Assembly (NCBI GenBank): GCA_951406725.2
Contig: OX597826.1
Coordinates: forward strand, 32,240,001 to 32,304,000
From: Octopus vulgaris
Lineage: Eukaryota
DNA length: 64,000 bases
Reading direction: 5' to 3'
In this document: positions 25,345 to 39,107 of the stretch, piece after piece
Layout of the letters: every line of letters starts with the position of its first letter
Position numbering within the stretch: position 1 is the stretch's first letter
Program-made: the position numbers and the translations under genes
The notes under the pieces: model-generated
The model's database searches: none
Seen by the model: the letters and a program-made list of their open reading frames with translations, nothing else
Told to the model about the DNA's origin: nothing

Positions 25345-26484
25345 TATATATATATCTATATATTTAGTTATATATATATCTATATATTTATATATACATG
25401 CACTGTGTGTATGTATATATATATTTATATACATAAATATGCGTGTATAGATATATATATATAGATAGATAGATAGATAGATAGATGTGTCTGTGTGTGT
25501 ATGTGTGAATGTGTGCTTGTGCAATGAATTAAAAGCAATAAGTAACACAAATAAAAGATGATGTAATACCAATTTGCAGAGTAGTGCGTACTTTTTTGTA
25601 TTAATAGGTGGACATTCCATCTTTGTATTACAATTATTAGATTTACCTTTACCTAGCTTTTCGAGTAATGTCGCTAAGTCATTTATTTCACCTTTATAGT
25701 GTGATTCTTTGAGAACAACAAAAGGCAAAACTAATTGTGTTTCAGTGGAAGTGCATTTCATTTGTAAGATGTGTGTTTCCAATGGCTGCTGTGTTTGCGA
25801 CAAATTATTTGTGGTCAAAGTGTGAATGTGTTGTCTGTGCGTACGTCTATTTTTTTAAGTACAATGCTTTACGTGTGTATGAGTATGAGTGAATGTGTGT
25901 GTGTTTGTGTGTGTGTCTGTACTGAAATGGTCTAATGGTAGTTATAGTATGAATTTATTAGAAAGGGAAAGAAAAAATAAAATTCTTTTATGGTTCTTTG
26001 AAAAGAAGCTATTTTAGGTGAAAAAATTAGTGAGTTTATTGAATAACTCAATATGCATAGATTTTTGTTAAAAGGTCATAAGGTAACTACATAAGAGAAG
26101 GTTACTCTGATGTTTTTGTTTATTAATGCATGAAAAATTTTTTGAGAAAAAAAAAACGCAATGAATGGCTATGTTCTTTCCAAACATCATGTTATTGCTG
26201 TTGGTAATAAGGTATGTCAGAATGTATTTTCACATGTGGGGGCATGATGGAATTATTTCAGTTTTTATCAATGTTTAGGTTTTATGTTATATGACAGGTA
26301 CTCTCACTAGGAGCTATAGCACAGCAAAAATTCAAATACATAGTTTAACAAAACTGGTTGCATTTGAGGTTCTTGGATATCCATTTTGTTTGGCAAAAGA
26401 AAAAGAAATGCATGTATGATGGTTAGCATCTTCTGGTGTACGTACTTCAAAATAAATGATTGTGTTTCTTGAAAAACAATTTTT

Positions 26485-26875
26485 ATCTTTTACTCATTTT
26501 AGTCACTGGTCTGTGACCATGTTAGGACACTGGCTTTAAGGGTTTAGTCAAACAAATTGACCCCAGTACATGTCTTCAAGTCTGTATGTACTCTGCTGGT
26601 CTCTTTGGCTGAACTGCTAAGTTATAGTGATGCACACAAATCAATTATGGTTGACGAGCAGTGGTGTGGGAGAAGCACAAATTCATACACACTCCCTCAC
26701 ATAGACACACATACACACACATCAACACGGGGACACACACACACACACAAACAGACACACACACCATTTTGTTGACCTGGGGTTATCATGGAAGACATTT
26801 GCTCATGATGCCAAGCAATGGGACTGAACCCAAGACCACAAAGCTGGAAAGAAACTTCTTAAGCACAGGACCTTA
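26485..26875 (-). mobile_element. SINE group A, degenerate
   Basis: gctgaactgctaagttat...gggactgaacccaagaccac match the reversed group A layout. Confidence 0.65.
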
Positions 26876-27117
26876 TATATTATTTGTATGCATTTATAAA
26901 AGAAATATATGTATTAATCTCAAGTATTTGCAACTACATGAGTTATATAAATGTGAATATGCCTATATATCTATGGCTACACTCACACACACACACATAG
27001 GTAATTATATACATGTGCATATATAGATGCATTCATATGCATATATATAAATATATATATATATGTATATATGTATGTATATATTTATGTATAAATATAT
27101 ATGTATGTATATATATG

Positions 27118-27157
<40 letters not shown>

Positions 27158-27220
27158 TACATATGCACACATATATATGTATATATATGTATGTATATAT
27201 ATATATATGCATACACACAC

Positions 27221-27295
<75 letters not shown>

Positions 27296-27654
27296 TAGCA
27301 GTTTACAGTTCTTAACATTGGTGTTAAGGCCATCGTCAAAGCAATAAAGAATTTCTATGAAACACTGAGATAAACAAATAAGACATTATTGAACAATTCA
27401 ATAAATAAACATAAAAAAAACAGACATAATTAAAACAATACTTTTGTATAATTATTTATAGCTCTATAATTATTTATAGCCTCTAAAGAATCTCTAACAG
27501 TGACTTCTGCTGTTCCAGACATCGCCAAAATCAATCAGATTCTGGGAAGGTAAAACAAAGTTGTTTTGGTTTAATATTCAGTTTCCAAACTGTTTGTGTC
27601 TTTAATAGAACAAGCAGTAAACAAACAATGAACCATATCTTCTATTGTGTTTTT

Positions 27655-27942
27655 TCTCTTCCATGTCTCGGTCATTGAACTGCGGCCATGCTGGACACTA
27701 CCTAGAAGAGTATTTCTGTCAAAAGACTCTAGTACCTATTTTTTTTAAAGCCTGGTATGTACTTTATAAGCTGTTTTATTGAAACGCTAAGTTAAAACGA
27801 TGTAAAGAAACCAGCATGATTGTCAAGTGGTGATGGGGAAGAATAACAAGCACAAAGACATACACACACATACACATACACACACACACACACATACATA
27901 CATACATACATACATACATACATACATACATACATACATACA

Positions 27943-27973
<31 letters not shown>

Positions 27974-28715
27974 GTTCATACACATGTAGATCAATTGTGG
28001 AAATCAGCTGCCCATCAGATGTTAACATAAAGCTGAAGATCAGTGAAAAAGAGAACACCTACACTGAACTATTGAGAAATCTGCAGTTACTCTATCCAGA
28101 TTACAAGTTCAGTTTTATACCTGTAATTATTGGGGCCCTGGGATATGTAACACACTGCCTAAATACTAAGCTTCAGAAATTAGGCTTCTGAAAACTAGAA
28201 ATGACAAAGCTAATTCGAAGATTACAGATGCAATCCATCACTGGAACTGTAAAAAATCTGTAAAACTTTCCAAAATTTATCTTTTAAATATATATGAGCA
28301 TGTCTAAGTATGCGACTATATGCATGAGAATACATACATAAAACAAAACATACAAAACTGCACATATACATACATACATACATACACACACACAAACAAA
28401 AATACCCTGATGTTGATATTAAAATTCGATCTAGGTTTGAAATTGGCTCTTTCTCTATTGGTAAAAAATCTTGAAATAAAACTGAACAATGACATACATA
28501 CAGAAATACATACATATATACACACATATACACACATACAGACAGACAGACATACGATGGGCTTCTTTCAGTATCCATCTACCAAATTCACTTACAAAGC
28601 TTCAGTTGGTCCAAGACTATAATAGAAGGTACTTGTCCAAGATGCCATACAGTGGGACTGAACCTAGAACCAGGTATTTGGGAATCAAATGTCTTACCTC
28701 ACAGACACACCTACA
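27655..28715 (-). mobile_element. SINE group A interrupted by a LINE fragment within (CATA)n
   Basis: Tail 27655-27860 and head 28555-28715 flank the insert. Confidence 0.7.
27990..28490 (+). pseudogene. 5'-truncated R4/Dong/NeSL-like non-LTR retrotransposon: restriction-like endonuclease C-terminus plus 3' UTR
   Basis: VEISCPSDVNIKLKISEKENTYTELLRNLQLLYPDYKFSFIPVIIGALGYVTHCLNTKLQKLGF*KLEMTKLIRRLQMQSITG fits the RLE pattern (D/E-x-x-x-P...EK..KY..L...P.VIGALG); it has an in-frame stop. Confidence 0.75.
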
Positions 28716-29840
28716 CCTATAGAACTATGAAATTTTAATGCATTTGGTGAAATTCTAGTTTGGCATGAAGGTCTTACACTGCATATAAGTACAGGAGGTT
28801 GAGGAGAGAATTTATTTGCAAGTCTTCCTTTGGCATCTCAAGCTCTTTAAATGTGTTTATTAATGGCAAAGTCATTGTATATATATATATATATAAATAA
28901 ATGTGTGTGTGTATGCGTGCACGTGAGTGTATGTGTTTGTGAGTGTATGTGTGTGTATGTATGTGTATGCATGTGTGAATATTTGTCTGTGCATGGGTGT
29001 GTGCATGTGTGTGTATATGAGTGTGCATGTATGTGTATATGGTTATGTATGTGTGTATGTATGAGTGTATGTGTGTGTGAGTGTAATTGTGCGTGTGTGT
29101 ATATGTGTGTTTTTATATATGTATGCTTGTATGTGTTTACATGTGTGAATGTGTTTGTGTATGTGTATATGTGTATATGTGTAAATGTGTGTTTGCGTAG
29201 ATATATATTTGTGGATATGCGTTTGTGTGTGTATGGATGTGTGTATATGGTGTTCATGTGTGAATATATGTATGTGAATCTTAGTATGCACAGGAACAAA
29301 TGTGTAAGTATGTGCATGCACGTGTATGTGTGTGTGTGTGTATATGCATTTAAATGTGTAAGTATGTATGTGTATGTTGGCTCTCCTTTATAACTCAGTA
29401 TAACTACCAATTACCAATCAGACACCTGAATGGAAATTCCTTCCTTCAAAGCATGATTGCCGCATTTGTAAGAGTATGGCAGACTGTTCTGGAATGGTGT
29501 GGCTGTTACACTTGGAAATATCCTCACCACATTCAAAGAAGACCATTTGGCTAATTGGCAAAGAATTACTCACACACACACACACTGCAGCAACCACAAT
29601 TTCTACCAAACCAATCAGCTTACTTCTTATTTAGAAGACTCCATGTGGCTGAATGGTCAAAGAGGTTTGCTTCCCAACCACGAAGTCCTGAGTTAATTTT
29701 ACTTTAATTTTTTTTTTTTTTATAAAGACAACCATATTACAATGTTCTACAGACAGGTGCAAATGTTGCTATGCAATTATAAAGTTTCCTTCCTCCAAAT
29801 GGCACCTCGGTCAGGTGTCTACTATTGTCTTGGAATGAAT

Positions 29841-30120
29841 GAAGGTGTGTGGCTCAGTGGTTAGGGAATTCAGCTCACGATCATAAGGCCGTGAGTTCAG
29901 TTCCTGGTACCACATTTTTTCCTTTAGCAAGACACGACATTTCACATTGCTCTAGAGTACTCCACTGGCGAAAATGCATAGTACCTGTATTTCAAAGGAC
30001 CAACCTTGTCCTATTCTGTATCTGCTGAATCTCCCTGAGAACTACATTAAGGGTATTTGTATCTGTGGAGTACTCAACCATTTGTATGTTAATTTCATGA
30101 GCAGGCTATTCTGATGATGG
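29841..30120 (+). mobile_element. SINE group B, body type 1
   Basis: gaaggtgtgtggctcagtggttaggg...gagttcagttcc...tacctgtatttcaaagg...ctgaatctccctgagaactac. Confidence 0.75.
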
Positions 30121-30427
30121 TTTTTATATTACATCTATTATCATTTATAACCAATGAGAATGCATCGTAGATCTTAGCTCCGGCTTTTGAAACTCTGAGA
30201 ACTATTATGACAACTTACTGATTATCCAAAACTATACATATAACTACACATACAAATACATCCATACATACATAATGGGCTTGCTTCAGTTTGTGTCAAC
30301 AACCAAATGTACTCCTATGTTTTTGGTTGTTCTAAGTTCATAGTGGAAACACTTGCCGAAGTAGTGAGCCCAAAAACATGAGGTTAGGGACCAGAATTCT
30401 CAATCACATAGCCATGTGTGTGCTTAT

Positions 30428-30790
30428 ATCATCATTATCATCATCATTTAACGTCTGCTTTCCATGCTGGCATGGATTGGACGGTTTGACTGACGAATGG
30501 TAAGCCACAAGACTGCACCAGGCTCCAATCTAATCTGGCAAAGTTTCTACAGCTGGATGTTCTTCCCAATGCCAACCACTCTGAGAGTGTAGGGGGTGCT
30601 TTTTATGTACTACCGGCATGCGTGCCAGTCAGGCGCTACTGGTAACGACCCACGCTCGAATGTTTTTTTTTATGTGCCACCTGCACGGGAGCCAGTCCAG
30701 TGGCACTGGCAATGACCACGCTTGAATGTTGCTTTTCACATGCCACTGGCACATGTGCCAGTAAGGCAACACTGGCAATGATCACGCTCA
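30428..30790 (-). mobile_element. RTE LINE 3' UTR/tail with about three tandem units
   Basis: (cat)n-ttaacgtctgctttccatgctggcatgg..., then repeated ctggcaatgaccacgct units. Confidence 0.75.
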
Positions 30791-30808
30791 TGTATGTGTA
30801 TATATATG

Positions 30809-30850
<42 letters not shown>

Positions 30851-31557
30851 TACATGTGTAAATGTGCTTGGGTATGTGTTGTGTATGAATATGTCCCCAC
30901 AAATTCCAGCTTTTCTGAATTATATGGAAACTAATAAAAATGAAGACTTAAGGTAAAAATCCGGAAATTTCTTTAGTAAATGAAAATTGTTTATTTAGAA
31001 TAGAAATAGAGACATCATCTTAAAAGCTAGTATTTGCTGTGGTTAGTAGAAAGAATCTCTTTCAGGATATGAAGCCGATTCTAAAAAAGCCAACCAAACT
31101 TTACCAATGTTTGTTTTTTCATCGGAATAATTGTACTGTTTTTATATACTTATTTTTTTTTTAGGTATTTTTTAAAACTTTTTTTTTTTGCCTTTCTTCA
31201 GAAAATATGGTATTTGGAATCTGAAATACCAAAGTTTTCAGGTCTATTGACAAACATAAATGATAATTCTTTACTTTTATAACAGAAGACAAAAATGTTT
31301 TGATACAAAAAGTAAAAATACAAATAAATAAATAAATAAACAAATATTATTGTTTACCATATAGGGAGGGAGCATGTATATAATAGTCATCTTATTTTTG
31401 CTTCTCACAGAATTATTGAAAAGTGACTAAATTTCTACACATGCAAAAACAACAACAACAGCAATAATAATAATAATGATAGGAAAAAGAAATAGAATAA
31501 TAATACCAGTAGTAGTTGTAGTAAGTAGTAGTATTAGTAGTAGTAGTAGTAGTAGTA

Positions 31558-31649
<92 letters not shown>

Positions 31650-32015
31650 GTGGTTCTTCTGTTTTAGCAAGTATTTATCTAAGCTTATCAAACAAAACAT
31701 GGAATGTTGTGAAATAAGTCTTTAAGACTTTCACAGGGTATAATGAAAGAGTGTACATGTTACTGTTATTGCTGATGGTGTTGTTGCTGTTATTTTAGTG
31801 TTTTTTTGCATTCGTCTAATCCTTAAATATATTTATCCTTGTCTAATATGTACAATTCACTTTGTTTTCTTTTGTTTTTGGTACCTGCAAGAATATCTTT
31901 CTGTTTGTTCATATTTTGTTTACACAAAGGAAACGTGTGATATTTGATGAATGTGGAAGTGTCTACCTCAATTCAATTTTCTATGAATATGTTTCCATCT
32001 CTATCTATCTAACTA

Positions 32016-32046
<31 letters not shown>

Positions 32047-32072
32047 TTCTGTTTGTCTGTCTATCTGTCTGT

Positions 32073-32126
<54 letters not shown>

Positions 32127-32179
32127 GTCTATCTATCTGTCTATCTAGCTATTTGTCTGTCTGTCTGTATAGGACATCA

Positions 32180-32203
32180 ACATCATTATCATTGTTGTCA
32201 TTG

Positions 32204-32240
<37 letters not shown>

Positions 32241-32720
32241 TATCATCATCATCACCATTGTCATCATCAAGATTTAAAGTTAAAGTCTGTCCTCTGTGCT
32301 GGTGTGAGGTTCTTAGGTATTTGACAAGCTAGAGGACTGCATTCAGTTCCAGTGTCCACTTTAGTATGCTTTTCTAATGCGACATGCTCTTCTTAACGCC
32401 AACCACTTAACAGAGTGCACTGGATACTTTGCCTTGTAATACTGGCAGTAATGAGGCATCCAAGGGACTTGTAAAAATTAAGAAAATGAAGAAAGAACTC
32501 TCTCGGCTGATTAGGACTATAGTAGAAGATTGCTGATGGTTTTTACATCAAGTATTGAAAAGCTGCTGTCTTCAGTTGGATGTTTTGACAGGATCCAGTA
32601 TCATGAAGAAGCACCATCTTGCAAGAATATTTCAGTTTTAGCAAGGTTTCTGTGGCTGGATGCATTTCTTGATGCCAACTTCTTTACAAAGAGTACTGGA
32701 TACATTTTTCATGGCACCAG
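32180..32720 (-). mobile_element. Degenerate RTE tails with a (CAT)n tract
   Basis: cttcttaacgccaaccacttaacagagtg and gctggatgcatttcttgatgccaac match the RTE tail. Confidence 0.5.
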
Positions 32721-32794
32721 TTCTAATAAAACTGCTGTGTTTCTGTGTACAGCATGTGAGAATAAACACACACAAACATACATATATATGCACA

Positions 32795-33090
32795 TGCCCT
32801 GGGGTTTAGGCTGTTGCATTCATAATCACTAGATTGGGGTTCTGATTGCCAGACCAGTGGTGCCTTGCATTACAGAGCAAAACTCTTCATTTTGTGCTGC
32901 CCCACTCCACTCACCTGTAAATGGGTTACACTACAATGCACTGGCATTCTGTTCATGGGGAATGTTGGCCTGCGCATCTCACCAGCAGGGTGGCATTATT
33001 TGAAAAGAGATACAACAATGCAGGGAAGTGCATTGTGATCAGCTGTGTTTAGTAACATCCAATAGTCTGGTCAACACAGCAATTCAGTGA
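32795..33090 (+). mobile_element. SINE group B, degenerate
   Basis: gagcaaaactcttcatttt...ccactcacctgtaaatgggttac...actggcattctgttc. Confidence 0.5.
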
Positions 33091-33201
33091 TACACACACA
33101 CAAACATACACACACATGCAAGCACATGCTCACACACACATATATATATATGTATATGAGCGTAAGCATGACTGTGTGGTTAAGAATACATATATATATA
33201 T

Positions 33202-33650
33202 AGGTGCAGGAGTGGCTGTGTCATAAGTAGTTTGTTTCCCAACCACATGTTCCTGGTTCAGTCCCACTGCGTGGTACCTTGGGCAAGTGTCTTTTACTAT
33301 AGCCTCAGGCTGATCAAAGCCTTGTGAGTGGGTTTGAAAGACAGAAACTGAAAGAAGCCCATTGTGTATTTATATATGTATTATATATATATATTATATA
33401 TATATATGTGTATGTGTGTGTATATATATGTATGTGTGTGTATGTTTGTGTGTCTGTGTTTGTCACCCCACCAACACATGACAACCGATGCTGGTGTGCT
33501 TATGTCCCTGTGACTTAGCATTTCGAGAAAAGAGACTGATAGAATAAGTATTAGGCTTACAAAGAATAAGTTCTGGGGTTGATTTGTTTGACTAAAGGCG
33601 ATGCTCCAGCATGGCCGCAATCAAATGACAGAAACAAATTACAAGAGTAA
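33202..33650 (+). mobile_element. SINE group A, full reference-like copy
   Basis: aggtgcaggagtggctgtgt...ggttcagtcccactgcgtggtaccttgggcaagtg...(TA/TG)n...ccagcatggccgcaatcaaatgacagaaac. Confidence 0.85.
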
Positions 33651-33671
33651 TACATAAAACTAAATATATAT

Positions 33672-33705
<34 letters not shown>

Positions 33706-35022
33706 GTATATGTATATATATATATGTATATGTATATGTGTATATGTATATATATATATATATGTATATATCCATATATACACATATATACATGGGTGCA
33801 TGTCTACATACATACTTGATGCTAGTTTTTACAAATAATTTGCATCTGTTTTCATTTATTTTAATAACCTGCAATAATTGCAAATCATCAAATTAACAGT
33901 TTTTACTGATGAAGTATAGTCGAGCACTCATGAACATACGTTTATTGTAATTTTTTTTTTATAGTCTGAAGAAATTCTGCACTCATTCCTCTGCCGGATG
34001 TTTCTAAGAATCTGTGGTTCAGTACAAGAGTGCTAAAGAGAACACGCATACACACACAGAGTAGAACCGACACCTGCACTTAAAGGAAATACTTATTATG
34101 AAATATGAAGAAAATTGCCTCCAGGAACAGGAAAATAAAATTAAATAAATGAGGATTTTAATATTGAACAGGAAGAACACCAACGGGGAATTATAACTAC
34201 AATAAATAAATATAGAGAGAAAATTTATGTAATGTTCTATAAATAATATGGATTAATTAGTTTGTGTTCAATATTCAATACAACTTTGGTATAGTCAGAA
34301 CTGAATGAAAGTGTATGTGTATATATGTATGTATAAAGACATCATACACACACTGATACACAGGCACACTTAAACACACTTATGAGCTGTCATATATGTG
34401 GATGTATGTACGTATATACACACTTTCTTTTTCCTTCACTGGTGTGTATGTATGCATGTATGTATAGATGTATTTATCTACTGATTTATCTCTCTATGTA
34501 TATATGTATATGCTCACACACACACATATATACATATGTATGTATATTTATATATATGTGTATGTGTATATAGTTATGTGTATATGTATATACACAGATA
34601 AGTATACAAATGTATATTTATACGTATATGAGAGTGTATGTATATAGATATATATATGTATATATATTTACATATATGTGCATACATACACATGTACATA
34701 CATATATGAATATATATAAATGCATGTATGCATATACATATATATCTATGTATATGTATCATATGATGTGAGTACACATTATAATGATGCATGTATGCAC
34801 ACACATATGTGCATATACATATATATGTACTCTCACATACCCACACCACACACATGCACACATGCATAAGCACACACACACATTCATGAAATATATCATA
34901 ACTTTTTCTGCATCTACAACTGATTAATCTACAAGTTTGACCAATTTTGAAACACTTCTGCCAATGGTTGTCCATCAGATTTGACAACAGCACACTTCTT
35001 CACTTGTGGAGACTTTGGTGTG

Positions 35023-35055
<33 letters not shown>

Positions 35056-35363
35056 ATGTGCAAGTATGTGTGTGCGTGTGCATTTGTCAACAACAGAGGA
35101 GGCAGCGATGTAATTGATTAGAAGATTGTGAATGCTTTTGGCTATGCTTACAATGAGTCTTCATAAGTCAGGAAACTATAAAGGAGATTTGTCATATTTC
35201 ATCACTGTAGTACCCTGTTAGGGGTGCTATGATGACAATAAACACTCCACACACCTGAAATCCATGCTCACTGTTGCAGAAGATATCTATACTTTATAAC
35301 AAGACTGGTGCATGAGCTTATGTAACGAGATGGTGCACATCTCTTGGTATCTGTAAACATTAA

Positions 35364-35930
35364 CCCTTTAGCAATCAGATTCCTTTGTCAAATATAATGC
35401 TTTTACAGCCATATTGTTTTGAATTGATCATGTATCATCTTGTAGCTTCAAGAATTTGATGATGTGACTGTTTATTTTTAAAATGACTTTGTAGGGCAGA
35501 ATGAAGGGGCATGGCTCAGTGGTTAGAGTGTTGGGCTCCCAATCATGAGGTTGTGAGTTCAAGTCCCAGACCAGGCCGTGTGTTGTGTTCTTGAGCAAGA
35601 CACTTTATTCCATGTTGCTCTAGTTCACTCAGCTGTAGAAATGAGTTATGACATCACTGGTGCCAAGCTCTATCAGCCTTTGTCTTTCCCTTGGACGACA
35701 TTGGTGGTGTGAAGAGGCTGGTATGCATGGTCAACTGCTGGTCTTCCGTAAACAACCTTGTCCAGACTTGTGCCTCGGAGGAGAATTTTCTAGGTGCAAT
35801 CTCATTGCCATTCATGACTGAAATGGGTCTTTACTCTTTGAGGTAAATTTGAGAAATAGGATCTGGTGGGTTTGAATATTTAACAGATAGAATATTTTGG
35901 TTGGATGAAGCTGGTTTAAAAGCTAAAAAT
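35364..35930. mobile_element. piggyBac-type MITE (opposite orientation to 61575) interrupted by a SINE B
   Basis: Starts ttaa|ccctttagc; the flanks 35364-35500 and 35840-35930 are the reverse complement of 61575-61794. Confidence 0.65.
35502..35840 (+). mobile_element. SINE group B, body type 2
   Basis: ggcatggctcagtggttagag (A box), gagttcaagtccc (B box), ttgagcaagacacttt, then a distinct 3' body. Confidence 0.8.
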
Positions 35931-36219
35931 TTAAACACTATAAAACATTCAAAGTTATTTTACTTGTATAAGAGCAAAATGGCAATCCTTTGGGTTTTAG
36001 AAGAAAATGTCCTCTCTGGATGGTATTACCAGAAAATCCTTTGCTGTTGATGTACTGATACCCACAAGAGAAAACTATTACTCTTTGGTGCTGGTTTGGG
36101 CAGGAATACTATCCTCAGAACCAAGTTAGAAAGATTCTGTTGGGTACTCTTTTCTATGGTATATATATCATAGAATCTGGTATATATATATATAATAGAA
36201 TCCCTAATAGAACAGAGAC

Positions 36220-36685
36220 AGGCAATGCTATGTGGCTAAAAGGTATTATCCTGGAATATGAGGTTTCAGGTTCGGTCCCACTGCATATCACTGAAGGCAA
36301 ATTTCTTCTGCTATAGTCTGGTTAACCAAAGCCTTGCTAATGGAATTCATAGACATAGATGGAAAAAACTGTGAGTGCGTGTTTGTGTGTTTGTGTGTGT
36401 GTGTAAACATACAGATGTATGTTTGTTTACATTTGTGCTCCTCTATAAATTGTAGAGCAACAAGCAGTGATATTGTTGTTGTTTCTGCATTCGACAAATC
36501 TTCCACTGCCTTAGCACATACAAAAACCTTTAGAATAAAAGATCCCAACTTAGAAAAACATTTGAAGTTAAGTGACAGGAAGAGCATCCGGCTTTAAAAC
36601 AATGCTTCAGTAAAACATTCCTCTAACTCATGCTAGCATAAAAAATCAGATGTACAACTGAACACATGGAGGAATGAATGATGAT
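36220..36685 (+). mobile_element. SINE group A head + T2/RTE-like tail, degenerate
   Basis: ggttcggtcccactgc head, (TG)n, then ggaagagcatccggct...tcatgctagcat. Confidence 0.55.
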
Positions 36686-37856
36686 TCCAAATTGTATGGA
36701 GTGTATAATATTTTGCTCTATATGCTCCTTGTGTGGCTTACTTCAGTATCTAATCAACTGTTATGGCAACTAGACCTAAAGATGGTAAGTATCTCTGTCA
36801 AACTTGTGTCAGTTCTTTGAACCAACTATTCTACATGTCTTCTGTCATGGCAGCACTTTTTAATTGGCGTAGAAATGTTTGGTTGATGTGACAACTTTGA
36901 GAAGTGGTGGGGATGTCTACGCAGCATTCTACGATGATCGACAATTACTGAACTCCAACGAATATTTCAAACAAGCTCAGCAAATTAAATGCATCCATTT
37001 TCAAGACACCTTTCATCATGAGAACCGTATTGGCATCGGTTGGGGGCTATTAAGCAAGCATCAATTGTTCTAAACTCTAAAGTCCATCATAAATAACTCA
37101 CTAAAAGATGCTGTGAATGTGTGTATGCCTGCACATGTGTGTGTACGTGTTAGTGTGTGTATGCATGTGTGTGATTGTTTTAGTGTGCATAGAATGCATG
37201 CACATGTGTACATGTGTGTGTATGTGTGTGTATTATCACAATATTCACATATGTGGTGAATTATTAAATCTAATTAGTTTCCAATCTGTTCTCTAATCAG
37301 CCATCCACCCCAACATACATATATACATATAATCCTCGTTTGTAAGATCAATTTATATTTTCATCTAACTCTTCCTCTTATGTATTGATTATTCATTAAT
37401 TCACAATTCTAAATCAAGAAGATGACGAAGACATTGGTTTGTTCTGCAAACCTAATTCTAAGACAGATGCAAAAATAGAAAATAAATAAATAAATAAATA
37501 AAATAAATAAATAAATAAAATAAAAATAAAGATGAGAAAAATATTTCTGCTAAAAAAAAATCAATATAATTATAAGGCAGTGAAAAAGAAGCCATGCCCA
37601 AGATTAAATGCTTTGAGGTTGAAATATTAGAGAGGAAATTGGCAATTAATTAATTTGTCCAGCTTCATATTAGTTATATCATGTATTTCACTGATATGAG
37701 ATCAGCACGAGTTGTGATGAGAGTTCAAGTTCTGGTAGTTATTTCACTTGTCAAAGAATATACAGAATTCTCATGAAATGGAAACGTCTTCAAGATTGGT
37801 AAATATCCGTTATAATGTACATATATATGTATATATTCTTTTATTCTTTCTTTTTT

Positions 37857-37914
<58 letters not shown>

Positions 37915-37964
37915 CATATACATATAAACATATATATGTACACACAAACACACGTATGTTTATA

Positions 37965-39095
37965 TCAGGTCATTAAGAATAAAATGTCTGATTTCGAACT
38001 GAAAGTTTATTTTATTTTATCTAAACAAAAAGCAACGCAGTTAATCAAAGTATGCACCTAAATTATCAACATAATTTTGCTATTTTATTGGTAGCTTATC
38101 TATGCCAGAAGCGAAGAATTCTGGAGAGCAAGAGGTGATGAAATTATGAAAGGCTGTTTTTGCATCGTCTTCAGATTTGAAGTTATTTCCTTGGAAGAAG
38201 TTGTCTAATGCCTGGAAAACGTGATAGTCAGTTAGTGCAAGGTCTGGTGAATATAGTAGTACTTCTAAGTTCAGTTCTTGTAACTTGAGTAGCATTCTTT
38301 GTGTAACATGTGGTCGAGCATTGTCTTGCAAGAGAATTGGCCTGTCTCTATTGACCAATCTCAGTTGTTTAATTGCAAGTTCACTCATCATTTCATTCAA
38401 TTGGTTGACGTATACATCTGCTGTAATAGACTTACCAGATCTCATGAAGCTGTTGTGGATGACACCAGCACTGGACCACCAAAAAGACACCATTAGCTTT
38501 TTTTTGGTGAATATTCTATTTTGGATTGTGTTTTGGCACTTTATCTCTATCCAATCACCATGCAGAACGCTTGCTACTGTTGAAAAGAATCCATTTTTCA
38601 TCATTCGTAAAAATATGCAAAAATGGTTTGCTTCTATGCCGTGACAGCAAAGAACAGCAAAGAAGATGTGTCATTTGATGCTTGTTCAGTTCATGTGGTA
38701 CCCACTTGTCCAGGTTTTTACCTTGCCAATTTGTTTCAGATGGTCCAATACAGTTGGAATCGAAACATCAAACCTTGCTACTAACTCATGCATAGTTTGA
38801 TATGCATCCGCTTCCACTACAGTTTCCAGCTCATCATTATCCACCTTGGTCTCAGGTCTACCATGGGGCTGACTTTCAAGAGTTCCATGATGGAACTCAT
38901 TCATAAACAACACAAATTTTTGATCTATCCATGGGTTCACAAAAACTGATTTACAAGATAAAACTCACAATATAATCAGACATCTTGAATTGCATTTCAA
39001 AAAGTGATGTAACTCTTCAATGTTGTAAAACAAAGAATTGTCAGAATAAAACTTGGTGCATTAGAAAAGTGGATATTTCATTCTCAATAGCCTGA
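37965..39095 (-). mobile_element. Decayed mariner transposon, Hsmar1/cecropia-like
   Basis: Imperfect TIRs tcaggtcattaagaataaaatgtc / gatatttcattctcaatagcctga, each flanked by TA; 1131 bp. Confidence 0.9.
38080..38940 (-). pseudogene. Mariner transposase pseudogene (frameshifts, deletions)
   Basis: Motifs GRP..VDNDEL, LDKWVPHEL (shifted frame near 38690-38715), WWSSAGVIH, ILLQDNARPHV and YSPDLALTDYHVFQALDNF are split over several frames. Confidence 0.9.
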
Positions 39096-39107
39096 TATAT
39101 ATATATA

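Noticed and set aside
35508-35580. tRNA-like sequence with A and B boxes
   Set aside because: It is a SINE head running into a SINE body; no proper acceptor stem. The same applies to the other A/B/C heads.
36879-37073. 64-aa ORF with ordinary composition
   Set aside because: No ATG start, no recognisable motif and no convincing splice signals.
38080-38604. SETMAR-like host gene
   Set aside because: No SET domain; the sequence is frameshifted and enclosed by TIRs, so it is a dead transposon.
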